A stretch of 57,961 nt of DNA from a virus. Taxonomy: Duplodnaviria; Caudoviricetes. Below the pieces are notes generated by a model. It had not been told where the DNA came from. It ran no database searches and saw only the letters and a list, made by a program, of their open reading frames with translations. Numbering within the stretch: position 1 is the stretch's first letter; every line of letters begins with the position of its first letter. Where the stretch lies: positions 1 through 57,961 of the IMG/VR virus record IMGVR_UViG_3300038406_000153; one strand, written 5' to 3'. The position numbers and the translations under genes are program-made. This document shows positions 18,440 to 27,140 of this stretch, in pieces.

Positions 18440-19308
18440 GGTTGGGTTCCAATCTGCTCGGCGCGGCACAGGCCGCATGTGGCGGCACGTTTGCGGTGCT
18501 CGCATTTCTCGGATTCGGGGATGACATCGGGTGCGGTGGACGCCGGGGTCTCGTTCCGCGTGGTGGTGGTGCGTTGCGCGGCCAGCCGCAGCTGGTCGTA
18601 CTTGGTGCGCAGCGTCGGCATCGACATGACGTTGCCGCGCCAGAAGTCGCTGGCCTGGCACCAGTCGATGGCCTTGAGGATCTGCTGCTCGGTCCGGCCA
18701 TCAGCGTCGATCATCAGCCGGGCGGCATCCCGCCAGCGTTTCCCGATCACTGGGCGCTTGGAACCGTTGGCTTCGATCTTGTCTGCCAAATGTGTACAGA
18801 CGCTTTCAACGTCGTCGCGAATCTCATTCGCGGACGAAGGTTTTTCTATAGGTTGGGTAGGGCTGGGTAGGGCTGGGGTAGAGCGAACAGATTGCGAACT
18901 TCGCGCGAACTTCGCGGTAGGTTCGTCCGAAGTTCGCGTTTCGTTCGCGCGAACAGATTGCGAACGTTTTGCCTTGATCTCACGGACCTTTTTCATCCGG
19001 TCGCGAGCCTCGGCGCGCTTCTCCAACACCTCTGAACGTGACCGCTGGATCTGGTCCCATTCGTGGAACGACCAGCCCTTTTCTCCGTCCTGCTCGTCCT
19101 CGACCCACAGGCCAGCGCGCACCAACGCCGCAGCACTTTCCCCGAAATTGGGGTCCATTTTCGCGGCGATGTAGTCCGGCACCCACCCGTCCGACAGGTG
19201 CTGTGCCGCCCATGAGCCCGCCAGAACCCACAACCCAAGGGCTGCAGCACCGGCGCGCGCGGCCTTCTTGTGGCTGTGAAAGCTGTCGTCGACCATGAAC
19301 CACGGCAT
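18436..19308 (-). CDS. Replication initiator
   Basis: MPWFMVDD N-terminus; upstream of helicase; internal iterons; WCQASDFW..LRTKYDQLRL. Confidence 0.8.
   Translation of the reverse strand: MPWFMVDDSFHSHKKAARAGAAALGLWVLAGSWAAQHLSDGWVPDYIAAKMDPNFGESAAALVRAGLWVEDEQDGEKGWSFHEWDQIQRSRSEVLEKRAEARDRMKKVREIKAKRSQSVRANETRTSDEPTAKFARSSQSVRSTPALPSPTQPIEKPSSANEIRDDVESVCTHLADKIEANGSKRPVIGKRWRDAARLMIDADGRTEQQILKAIDWCQASDFWRGNVMSMPTLRTKYDQLRLAAQRTTTTRNETPASTAPDVIPESEKCEHRKRAATCGLCRAEQIGTQP
18839..18970. repeat. Iteron cluster / probable origin
   Basis: GCGAACAGATTGCGAAC at 18883-18899 and 18949-18965, further GCGAAC/GTTCGC units, GGGTAGGGCT x2, T-rich tract. Confidence 0.7.
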
Positions 19309-19760
19309 CAGTCGATCTCCCCGGACAGGTCGGTGATGGTCACCGTGACCACACACTCAGGTCCATAGACGTTCTTCGGCAGGGCCTTGCCGATCGTCAC
19401 GTGCGGGCCATCCAGGTATTGCGGGGTGTCGTCGGCGATCAGCCCATACCCGGGGGCGTAGACGAGCTCGCGGTGGCCGCCACGGTTCCGCCAGTACTTG
19501 ATCTCCGGGCCTAGCGCATCCACAATGGGTTTCGCGGTGTCGTGCCAATTCGCCTCGTCGCGGTGCCGATTGGTGGCGAACCGCAGGGCAATATCAATCC
19601 GGACCCTGACCAGACCCTTCGGCAACTTGGCCGACTGAGCACACTGGAACGCTCTGTTCCGCCACGCTTTGACAATCTGTGCCCGCCTAAACCGGCTAGG
19701 GGCAGAGTTTTTCGACAACGGGGCGGTCGGCGCCGGGATGTGCAGCACGTAGTCAGCCAC
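19308..19760 (-). CDS. RusA-like resolvase
   Basis: RHRDEAN..AKPIVDAL..IADD. Confidence 0.7.
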   Translation of the reverse strand: MADYVLHIPAPTAPLSKNSAPSRFRRAQIVKAWRNRAFQCAQSAKLPKGLVRVRIDIALRFATNRHRDEANWHDTAKPIVDALGPEIKYWRNRGGHRELVYAPGYGLIADDTPQYLDGPHVTIGKALPKNVYGPECVVTVTITDLSGEID

Positions 19761-20073
19761 CGTTGGCCGTCCTCTCGGCGTCAGCGTTAGACAGTGCTCT
19801 CAGCCATGCCTGACTGGTCGCCAGCTCGGCGGTCATCAGTTGGATGGTTTCGGCCAGCTCGTCAGCGTTCTCAGCCTCAGCAGCCAGGTCATCCCACTCG
19901 ATTACGTGAGGGATACGACGGCCAGCGTTGCGCCACGTTTGGGGAGCCCAGTTCTCGCACGGGTGGCAAGAGCCGCACGGCAAATCCAGTTTCGTTTTCA
20001 GCCTGTCCCGTTCGTCGTACAGCTTCGCCAGCTCGGCATCCGTCAGTTGCGAAACGTTCTTTCGGACAGTCAT
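19753..20073 (-). CDS. Hypothetical protein
   Basis: Coupled ORF. Confidence 0.65.
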   Translation of the reverse strand: MTVRKNVSQLTDAELAKLYDERDRLKTKLDLPCGSCHPCENWAPQTWRNAGRRIPHVIEWDDLAAEAENADELAETIQLMTAELATSQAWLRALSNADAERTANGG

Positions 20074-20258
20074 GAGGCCCTCCTGTGACCGAAATGGAGC
20101 AGTCCACAACTGCACTGGTAGATACAGAAATCGGAGGCGTCCTCGCCCAAACGTTGGGCCATGGAATGCATCGCGTCAGCGGCTTGCTCCCACGTGGGCC
20201 AGGCCCTTTTGCGGTCGCAGCGCCGCCACTTGACCCACTGGCTGTACGGCGTAGTCAT
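20070..20258 (-). CDS. Small Zn-binding protein
   Basis: C..KR...YQCSCGLLHFGH. Confidence 0.65.
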   Translation of the reverse strand: MTTPYSQWVKWRRCDRKRAWPTWEQAADAMHSMAQRLGEDASDFCIYQCSCGLLHFGHRRAS

Positions 20259-20689
20259 GACTGCTCCTCGTTGGCGATGGCCAGCAGGACAGCGGCGTGG
20301 CAGGGTTGATCCAACGGGCACCAGCACGCCAGGTCTCTACCAGCGAGCTCGGCGCGGATCTGGTCGACGGTCACCGCCGCAGTCCCCCACCCGATGTCCT
20401 GCCGGAACAAGTCGACCGCGTGGTCGACCGCCTCCAGGCGTTGCGCGTCGCCCACAGGCTCGGGACCCCGGTTGAGGACGATTCCCACCGGCGACGCCTC
20501 ACCCCGCGCAACGGCGTGGTCGACATGGTGTTTCACGCCGTTGTCGTCGATTACGTCCCAGTGGTCGCAGCAGGCGCAACGGTAGACGCGGAATGGGTTG
20601 CCCCACCTGGATGGACGGGCCACGATCACCGCATCGGGATTGTCTGTCCGCCACGGGTGCCGGCGGGACATTTGGATACGTTTAGGCAT
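20255..20689 (-). CDS. DUF4326 domain protein
   Basis: VARPSRWGNPF..LAGRDLACWCPLDQPCHAAVLL. Confidence 0.88.
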   Translation of the reverse strand: MPKRIQMSRRHPWRTDNPDAVIVARPSRWGNPFRVYRCACCDHWDVIDDNGVKHHVDHAVARGEASPVGIVLNRGPEPVGDAQRLEAVDHAVDLFRQDIGWGTAAVTVDQIRAELAGRDLACWCPLDQPCHAAVLLAIANEEQS

Positions 20690-21020
20690 CGCGGGCCTCC
20701 CGGACGATTCCCAGGTACCGGCGGGACCGGATCCACCCATCCACAGTGTCATCGGCAGGGATTGAGACCCAACGGTTCCCGTCTCGTTGCGTGATCCGGT
20801 TGTCGTCCAAATCCAGCTGGAACGCCTCAGAGTCAACGCGCTGATAGGACGGAGCCAGAGCGTCAATACCGTGCTGCGTCAAATGTTTCGCCAGGGTCGT
20901 GACACCCCCGGGCCTCCACGCCGGGTCTTCGCAGTGCATGCATTTGAACTGCGGCGTCTTGGCGGGGTCTATCCCGCGCCTCGGTGCGTTCCAGTTGCGG
21001 GTGGCCACAGTCAAAGTCAT
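20682..21020 (-). CDS. Hypothetical protein (C2H2-like)
   Basis: FKCMHC..LAKHLTQH. Confidence 0.6.
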   Translation of the reverse strand: MTLTVATRNWNAPRRGIDPAKTPQFKCMHCEDPAWRPGGVTTLAKHLTQHGIDALAPSYQRVDSEAFQLDLDDNRITQRDGNRWVSIPADDTVDGWIRSRRYLGIVREARDA

Positions 21021-21163
21021 GTCGCCTCCCGGTAGTACCGGTGCCGGGCGATCGCGTCCCGGCAGGACTGTGCACATTCGGGAGTGCAGAAAGCGTTATC
21101 GGGGAGGCGTGGCGTGAACTCAATACCGCATTCCTCGCAAGGACGTTTCGCGCGGGTGGTCAC
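21017..21163 (-). CDS. 48 aa zinc-finger protein (not in ORF track)
   Basis: MTTRAKRPCEECGIEFTPR..FCTPEC; 4-bp overlaps on both sides. Confidence 0.65.
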   Translation of the reverse strand: MTTRAKRPCEECGIEFTPRLPDNAFCTPECAQSCRDAIARHRYYREAT

Positions 21164-21357
21164 AATGCCTCCCTGGTGTTGTCGCCCAGCAGGACCGCGA
21201 TCTCGTGAGGCTCCGCACCAACCCGGATAGCATGCCGGGCCTCCGCGATACGGGCCTCCAGCATGGAGTTCTCTTCATTCAGGAACGCCGCCCAATTCCG
21301 CAGGGATTCAAGCTTGGCCGCCAGATCAGCCACAACAGTGGTCCCGGTGTCGCTCAT
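21160..21357 (-). CDS. Hypothetical coiled-coil protein
   Basis: GGAGG RBS; ATGA coupling. Confidence 0.65.
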   Translation of the reverse strand: MSDTGTTVVADLAAKLESLRNWAAFLNEENSMLEARIAEARHAIRVGAEPHEIAVLLGDNTREAL

Positions 21358-21707
21358 GCGTCCTCCATTTCGGGAGCGTTCTGCGAGTAGGTGCCGTGAG
21401 GTGTCAGCCAGACCGGGCCGGCAGGCATATGGATGGGGACATCGACGGGATTCAGGCCGGAACGGCGCTCGACGAGGAACCCGACCGGCGCGCTCTTTTT
21501 CGGGAAACTGTGTGTCCATTTGTGGCAAGAAGTGCACAGGTACGCCAAGTTTTCGACGTTGTGCCGGTCCGGCCGTGAACTACCGCCGTTGCCTTTGGGG
21601 CGGCGGTGGTGGAGTTCCCCAGCCCCCCAGGCTCCGCAGCGTTCACAATGGCCCAAGGCCCGGGCGGTCACAATCTGCCGGTTCGCGGTAGGGATCGGAT
21701 CGCTCAT
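21354..21707 (-). CDS. HNH endonuclease
   Basis: CERCG..ELHHRRPK..NLAYLCTSCH. Confidence 0.85.
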   Translation of the reverse strand: MSDPIPTANRQIVTARALGHCERCGAWGAGELHHRRPKGNGGSSRPDRHNVENLAYLCTSCHKWTHSFPKKSAPVGFLVERRSGLNPVDVPIHMPAGPVWLTPHGTYSQNAPEMEDA

Positions 21708-22090
21708 GCGCCGTCACCCCACTTTGATCCCCGGTATGCCTCACGAACCGACGCGTTGATCGACATGTACGCCTTCAAATCAGTGCGCAGGCTCGCGGCA
21801 TGGTCCTGAGCGGCCCGTAGTGCGGCCTTGGCCACGTCAACAGCCCCGGATTGTTCGGCGGTCGCTATGACCACCTGGGCGTTGCGCTCGGGGATGGTGC
21901 CGGTCGAGTTGATGTAGGCGTACGCCTTGGCTTCGGCCAGCTCTTTCTCGGCTTCCATGAGGGTCTGCCGGAGTTTGTCGATAATGCCGACCCCGGTACG
22001 AATCCGCCCGGCCACATGGTTGATCGCGTATTCGCAGCCCGGCGGGGTTGTCAGGTCGTAGACGGGGGCGATGTTCTCGGTGTTATTCAT
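21704..22090 (-). CDS. Hypothetical coiled-coil protein
   Basis: Coupled ORF in the recombination module. Confidence 0.7.
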   Translation of the reverse strand: MNNTENIAPVYDLTTPPGCEYAINHVAGRIRTGVGIIDKLRQTLMEAEKELAEAKAYAYINSTGTIPERNAQVVIATAEQSGAVDVAKAALRAAQDHAASLRTDLKAYMSINASVREAYRGSKWGDGA

Positions 22091-22976
22091 CGGTTGGCTC
22101 CTCGACTATTTCGCCTTCAACGGGTTGTCCGGCCTGGATCTCGTCTCGGCGTGCGGTGAACAGGGCCGTCAACTCATCCGAGATCGGGCCGTCCTTCGTG
22201 GCCTGGGAGTGCACGTCGTACAGGGCCTCCACAGTGCGGGCCGCCTGGATCAACGACTCATAGTCGACAGTCGCGGTGATCGCGGTACGGGACTGTCCAT
22301 CTATGGCGGCGGCACGTCTAGCGGCGGCCAACTGGGGGACGCGTCCCGACATGAGTTGAGCGGGCGTGAACTCAGCGATATCCAGGACGGGCACCACGAA
22401 ATGTTTGGTCTTGCCGTCACGGGTGACCGACCGCTGATCCAGAATGAACCGACCGGGGATGATGCCTTGGGTTTGCGACAGGATCGCTGCCACACCGGGT
22501 AGCTCCAGAGCCGCGTAATACGATCCAGTGTCTATTCGCCACACCCCGATGCCGGGGATTTCCTCCAGCATCACGTTCACGCGGGTGTGCATCTGACACA
22601 ACCGGGCCTGCGGGTCACACAGACACGAACCACCGGAGATCATTTCCCGCTGACCGTTGCAGCGCCGCTGGCATCCGCCCTTGGACCACAACTCCAGCCA
22701 CTGCGACTGCGAAGGGTCCTGCGGTGGCACCATCACCGGGACTTCCGTGACGTTAGTGATGACCTGCCACTGTGCGTTCCCCTTGGGTGGCTGCCACTGC
22801 TCGACAGTCCCCCCGTACGCCGAAGCGATCTTGTCTATCAGTTCTTTACGGGGCGACGTGAAACGGAGCTTGTCCAGTTTGGCGGGACGGCTACGGCCGT
22901 CCTTCATCGCGACTTTCACACCCAGGCGGATACGACCCACCTCGGTTTGCTGCTGCTGCAACCCAATGATGGCCAT
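22083..22976 (-). CDS. Gp3-like/RDF-like recombination protein
   Basis: EVGRIRLG..RPAKLDKLRFTS..RRCNG..GVWRIDT; next to an exonuclease. Confidence 0.7.
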   Translation of the reverse strand: MAIIGLQQQQTEVGRIRLGVKVAMKDGRSRPAKLDKLRFTSPRKELIDKIASAYGGTVEQWQPPKGNAQWQVITNVTEVPVMVPPQDPSQSQWLELWSKGGCQRRCNGQREMISGGSCLCDPQARLCQMHTRVNVMLEEIPGIGVWRIDTGSYYAALELPGVAAILSQTQGIIPGRFILDQRSVTRDGKTKHFVVPVLDIAEFTPAQLMSGRVPQLAAARRAAAIDGQSRTAITATVDYESLIQAARTVEALYDVHSQATKDGPISDELTALFTARRDEIQAGQPVEGEIVEEPTDE

Positions 22977-23830
22977 AACTTCTTTCCTGCTTTCGGGAGG
23001 TTGATGGGGCGGGACAGGCCGGAACCCAAGGGGGAATTGACGGCCTCGAACAGGCGAAGGGCGTGGATGAAGTTCGCGAAGTTGGTGTCGGTGGTGTGCA
23101 CTTCGCGCATCTGGATCCGGTCAGGACGGACGTGAAGGATCAGACCCCCGCCGATGGCGGGCATGTCCTGTTCGGTCCCGTCGTCCAGGACCGCGACATC
23201 GGCGCGCGAATACGCCGTGACCTGCCAGCTTTCTTTCAACCCGACGTGCTTGCCGGACTTCTTGTCTATGACCAGGTTCAATCCGCGCAGGTGCTCCAGT
23301 TTTTCCGGCAAGGGAGAGTCATCACCGAATTTCAGGATGTTGTCCAGCGTCCCGGCGTACCCCCATTTGCGGGACACGACGGTCATTTCCGCCGCGACCA
23401 CTTCTGGTTTGTAGTGGTTGAACCATTTCTGGTAGTTGCCGTACATGGGGGCGATATCTTCATCGACGGTCCCGCCCCCACCGAACAGCTCCAAATGTTC
23501 AGTGGCTTCATGCAGGCGAGTACCGCGATCCCCGGCAGCGTCTCGATATTCGGTGTGCCGAGTGGACAGCCAGTAGATCGCGCACGCCTTGCAGGAGCCG
23601 CAGGCGTCCTCAGTTTTGGTTTCGTTGCAGGCGTCCACTTCGGAACACTTGGTGAGCCAGTCGAGTCGTTCTACTGCGGCCTCGGCGGTCAACCGTGCCG
23701 ACCAGTCGGGAATCCCGTACGTGGCGATGATCCCCAGGGCGGTCGATACCGACAGGAACCGCTCCTCGCTATTCAGGACATACCAACGGTTTCCGTCTTC
23801 GCGGGTGTCAGCGAACGAAGGTTCAGCCAC
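22916..23830 (-). CDS. PD-(D/E)XK exonuclease
   Basis: SVSTAL, RGTRLH, YAGTLD, IDKKSG, QVTAY. Confidence 0.85.
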   Translation of the reverse strand: MAEPSFADTREDGNRWYVLNSEERFLSVSTALGIIATYGIPDWSARLTAEAAVERLDWLTKCSEVDACNETKTEDACGSCKACAIYWLSTRHTEYRDAAGDRGTRLHEATEHLELFGGGGTVDEDIAPMYGNYQKWFNHYKPEVVAAEMTVVSRKWGYAGTLDNILKFGDDSPLPEKLEHLRGLNLVIDKKSGKHVGLKESWQVTAYSRADVAVLDDGTEQDMPAIGGGLILHVRPDRIQMREVHTTDTNFANFIHALRLFEAVNSPLGSGLSRPINLPKAGKKLWPSLGCSSSKPRWVVSAWV

Positions 23831-24005
23831 GGCCAGCCTCCACCGTGTACACGCCGCTATTGCAGGCCACGGTCGGGCCGGCCATCGCCCGCTCGGCAGC
23901 GATCTCGGCGCGGATCTGCTCAACCCAGGTCGACATCCGGTCCTCGAACACGGCCATCATGTCGGCCTCCGGAGGCGGAGTGACCGGCATTTCTTGCTTC
24001 TTCAT
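23823..24005 (-). CDS. Hypothetical protein
   Basis: GAAGGA RBS. Confidence 0.55.
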   Translation of the reverse strand: MKKQEMPVTPPPEADMMAVFEDRMSTWVEQIRAEIAAERAMAGPTVACNSGVYTVEAGRG

Positions 24006-24061
24006 TTCGTGTCCTTCGTGGTAGGTGGGGCGGCCCTGGGCGGGGCCGCCCCGGAATGTGG

Positions 24062-24283
24062 TCATTGAGTGAGCCGCTTAGCGAGGTCTTCCAGCTCGGC
24101 GCGCTCGTACTCGCTCAACGCCTGCCCGTACCGGGATGCGTAATCCCACAGGTCGTCCTCCAGCCGCTCCCGGTGCTGCTCCTGGAGAACCCACTCAGCG
24201 CGGAGGGCACGGATACGGCGGGCCTGCGCTAGGACCATCGCGGCCAGCAGGCTGCTCATCAGGATCAGCACGGGAATAGTCAT
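24062..24283 (-). CDS. Membrane-anchored protein
   Basis: N-terminal TM segment. Confidence 0.6.
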   Translation of the reverse strand: MTIPVLILMSSLLAAMVLAQARRIRALRAEWVLQEQHRERLEDDLWDYASRYGQALSEYERAELEDLAKRLTQ

Positions 24284-24423
24284 GACGGGAATCCCTCCCA
24301 GAACCCGGCGTCCGGGCATTCCTCATCCGGGATGTACGTCCAAGCGACACCCAGGACGGCGGCGGCCAGGCCGAGCGCTATAACACCCATGGCCATCAGG
24401 TAGACAGCAGCCACAACGGTCAT
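24280..24423 (-). CDS. Small membrane protein
   Basis: MTVVAAVYLMAMGVIALGLAAAVLGVAW. Confidence 0.6.
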   Translation of the reverse strand: MTVVAAVYLMAMGVIALGLAAAVLGVAWTYIPDEECPDAGFWEGFPS

Positions 24424-24728
24424 GACTCCTCCACCATGTTCGGGCCGGGCTCGATGTCGTACCGGACACCAGCGGATTTGATGGCCCGCAAGCGCTTCGG
24501 CCGATCCAGGCCAGCAGCCTCGCGGTACTTCGGCGCCCACTTCAACTCCCGGCCGGAACCGAAATCCAGATTGGTGATGACCGTGCCCATGCAGGGACCG
24601 CACGCCTCGTCGAAGGTGATGTCTCCGGCAGCCAAGGCATCTAGGCAGTAGTCGCCGTTCAAGTCGTCTCCGCGCTCGCACGTGAAGTAGTCGTCGAACA
24701 TCGGGGCGGTCTTAGTGAAAAGGCTCAT
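24420..24728 (-). CDS. Hypothetical protein
   Basis: Coupled ORF. Confidence 0.65.
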   Translation of the reverse strand: MSLFTKTAPMFDDYFTCERGDDLNGDYCLDALAAGDITFDEACGPCMGTVITNLDFGSGRELKWAPKYREAAGLDRPKRLRAIKSAGVRYDIEPGPNMVEES

Positions 24729-25015
24729 GACCTGCCCCCCACCACGTCTGGCGCTTTGTAGCCGACCAGCAGCGCCGAGACCTTCGCGGGCTCAGGCCAC
24801 ATCAGCGTCTTGGTAGCGGACGGGCTGGAGACCCGCCAGTACCCCGCATCGGGGCCTTGCCCGACGACCACGCGCCACCCGGTCGGGTGCCAGTGGGTAG
24901 CGAAATTCCCGAGGTGGTCGCCGTGGGTCCATTCGCCACCCAACGCGTTACGGGTGGCGTCCGCCAGAGCGGTGACAGACCTCTCGGTTACTTCGACCTG
25001 CTCAATGGTGGTCAT
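24725..25015 (-). CDS. Hypothetical protein
   Basis: Start MTTIEQ, coupled. Confidence 0.65.
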   Translation of the reverse strand: MTTIEQVEVTERSVTALADATRNALGGEWTHGDHLGNFATHWHPTGWRVVVGQGPDAGYWRVSSPSATKTLMWPEPAKVSALLVGYKAPDVVGGRS

Positions 25016-25140
25016 GATCTCCCCCAATTGGTGATCAGTAGAACGGCGATAACAGACAGGCCAATCAGGAGCATGGCCGCGCCGACAGTGAATAGTGGAT
25101 TGACGTGCACCTCGGTGCCGTTGATTTGGATGGGGTTCAT
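25012..25140 (-). CDS. 42 aa membrane peptide (not in ORF track)
   Basis: MNPIQINGTEVHVNPLFTVGAAMLLIGLSVIAVLLITNWGRS; 4-bp overlaps. Confidence 0.65.
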   Translation of the reverse strand: MNPIQINGTEVHVNPLFTVGAAMLLIGLSVIAVLLITNWGRS

Positions 25141-25421
25141 GTGACGGCCTCCGTCCCACGCGGACCCGTGTACGGCGGGTGATCAGCGCCAGGGCCGTTA
25201 GGCACCAGCGTCATGCTGGTGCTGCCCACCAGGCAACGCATCACTGAGACCGTCACACCGGCAGGAGCAGCCGGTAGAGCGGCGGCGATCGCGGTCAGGT
25301 CGATAGAGGCGACCCACGCCTCCATCACCGCGCGAGCGTCATGGACCCGAGAATCACCGGTGTGGGCGTCCATGGGGATCAGCAGCCGGACAATCCGGTC
25401 GCGTGTCGCATCGGCAGTCAT
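25137..25421 (-). CDS. Hypothetical protein
   Basis: Coupled ORF. Confidence 0.6.
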   Translation of the reverse strand: MTADATRDRIVRLLIPMDAHTGDSRVHDARAVMEAWVASIDLTAIAAALPAAPAGVTVSVMRCLVGSTSMTLVPNGPGADHPPYTGPRGTEAVT

Positions 25422-25753
25422 GACTGGTCACCCAGCAGGTCCATGTGCCGATTCCATGCGTCCATTACGGCGGCGGTGACAGCCACCGCCTGGTACTTGC
25501 AGGTGCCGATGGAATAGACGGCGTGATGGTGGGTCGTCTTGTCGGTCGCCGGGCTGCCGTCGGTGTCGGTGACCGCAACTCCGGCGGCCTCTGCGATCCG
25601 GGTTACCTCCGCGAGCTCGGTCGCATCATCGGCCTCGGTGACGGCGTGGTGGATTTTCATTCCGTGGGTGGGCATCGGAATGTCCGGGTGGGCGTCCAGC
25701 CAGTCCAGGAGTGCGCGGGCGTCAGCGATCATCTGTGCGCGAGTGGGTTTCAT
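25418..25753 (-). CDS. Hypothetical protein
   Basis: Start MKPTRAQ; ALLDWLDAHPDIP. Confidence 0.7.
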   Translation of the reverse strand: MKPTRAQMIADARALLDWLDAHPDIPMPTHGMKIHHAVTEADDATELAEVTRIAEAAGVAVTDTDGSPATDKTTHHHAVYSIGTCKYQAVAVTAAVMDAWNRHMDLLGDQS

Positions 25754-26067
25754 GATGCGATCTCCATCAACGAGTAACCGGCCTCGCCGACACCCCGCAA
25801 ATTCAGAGGCGCACCGAACTCCTTCAGAACCGCCAGGACCCCGGGAGCGTCGACCCGGTACAGGCCGATGTGGCTGCCGCCGGGAGTCGTGATGTCCACG
25901 TGAGGCCGAGGAGTATCCGAAGACACTCGCCAACCGCCGAGGAGCCACGTGTGTACTGCCACATCAGGGCGGTACAGCCACTGGTCGAGAGCACCCGCCA
26001 GTGTCTTCGTGATGTGAACGGCCTGGCCGTGCTCGACGTATTGATTCGGTCTAGGTATCGTTTTCAT
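25750..26067 (-). CDS. Hypothetical protein
   Basis: First gene after the RNA array. Confidence 0.65.
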   Translation of the reverse strand: MKTIPRPNQYVEHGQAVHITKTLAGALDQWLYRPDVAVHTWLLGGWRVSSDTPRPHVDITTPGGSHIGLYRVDAPGVLAVLKEFGAPLNLRGVGEAGYSLMEIAS

Positions 26068-26135
26068 TGCAGGAGCTCTCTTTCGTCTGTTCCTGTGTGG
26101 CCGTCAGGCGTTCGTGCGCCTGGCGGCCCTTGTCG

Positions 26136-26212
26136 TTCCTCAGGGAGGATTCGAACCTCCGTCCTCGGCGTTCGATCGACACGCCGCGCTCTGTCCACTG
26201 AGCTACTGGGGA
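26136..26212 (-). ncRNA. tRNA-like RNA with non-canonical anticodon loop
   Basis: TCCCCAG TA GCTC AGTGGACA GAGC G CGGCG TGTCGATCGAA CGCCG AGGAC GGAGG TTCGAAT CCTCC CTGAGGA A. Confidence 0.8.
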
Positions 26213-26441
26213 TAGGCCCGGCCTGGCGATTCATCTCGGGACGGGGGAATGGAATCCCAGGCCGGGGGAAATTGGGGGGCCGCCCGCCAGCACCCCAGCA
26301 GTACGGGCGACCCCAGGGGGAAGAGGAAAAACATGTGACAGCGCCTCCACTCCCCAATCCGTCCACTACGGTCACCCCTCAGCACCGGGGACGGAGATCC
26401 GCTATTCAGTTCTATTAGGTGGCCTCGGAGCCCCGCCGGGT

Positions 26442-26684
26442 CTAGTCCCGGCCGGACCGGACGGGCCGGTCCCGTCGTTTACCTCGCTCAGTGCTGTCTC
26501 CCTCTACGCATCGCAGACTCGCCAAGTACGTCTCGACATCGGTTTGCCAGATGAAGACCTGCCCCTTAGGGCGGTGCTGCGTGTATGGCAGCTCCCCGCC
26601 TCGGTAGAGGTGCCGCACCGTCTGGGGGTGACAGCGGAGCACCTTGGCGGTCTCATCCACGGTCAGCAGCGTCGGGACACTCAT
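26442..26684 (-). CDS. Excisionase-family HTH
   Basis: LLTVDETAKVLRCHPQTVRHL..GELP. Confidence 0.8.
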   Translation of the reverse strand: MSVPTLLTVDETAKVLRCHPQTVRHLYRGGELPYTQHRPKGQVFIWQTDVETYLASLRCVEGDSTERGKRRDRPVRSGRD

Positions 26685-26923
26685 GACGGCTCCTCTTGGT
26701 GGAACAGTGCAGCGGCAGGAACCCCCAGCACGGCCGCGATGTGAACCATCACGTCGGAGGTCGGGCTAGTGGTCCTAGCTCGCATGCGAGCGATTGTAGA
26801 GGCGTGAAGATTCAGAGCTCGTGCGCATGCCGCGTTGTTCTTCCATCCGCGCTCAGAAACGAGCCGGTCAAATACCTCAGTGTCGAGTACGACTCGGCTC
26901 CGGCGGGCTGGATTCTGCGACAT
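26681..26923 (-). CDS. Cro-like HTH regulator
   Basis: XRE HTH divergent from the repressor; IAAVLGVPAAALF. Confidence 0.8.
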   Translation of the reverse strand: MSQNPARRSRVVLDTEVFDRLVSERGWKNNAACARALNLHASTIARMRARTTSPTSDVMVHIAAVLGVPAAALFHQEEPS

Positions 26924-27016
26924 GCCAAAAGCGTACCTCGCTCGCGTGCGAGCGATATCAGCCGAAAGGTTGAATTCCTGTACGAGTTTTTCGCTTAGAC
27001 TTGCACGCATGCAAGG
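26778..27016. promoter_or_regulatory. Operator palindromes of the lysis/lysogeny switch
   Basis: GCTCGCATGCGAGC 26778-26791, GCTCGCGTGCGAGC 26940-26953, GCACGCATGCAAGG 27003-27016. Confidence 0.6.
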
Positions 27017-27140
27017 ACTATTGCCGGTGCGAGAAGCACCCACTCACCGCGCCACCCGACCGCCCACACGCAGTGACCTGCGCACCCACCCAGCTAACAA
27101 GCCAACCAAGCGCCGGACCATATCGTCTAGAGTCGTGCTT

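Noticed and set aside
22916-23830. CRISPR Cas4
   Set aside because: No cas genes or array; ordinary phage PD-(D/E)XK exonuclease in the recombination module
26136-26212. Standard decoding tRNA
   Set aside because: Loop is 9-11 nt, so no anticodon can be assigned; kept as tRNA-like
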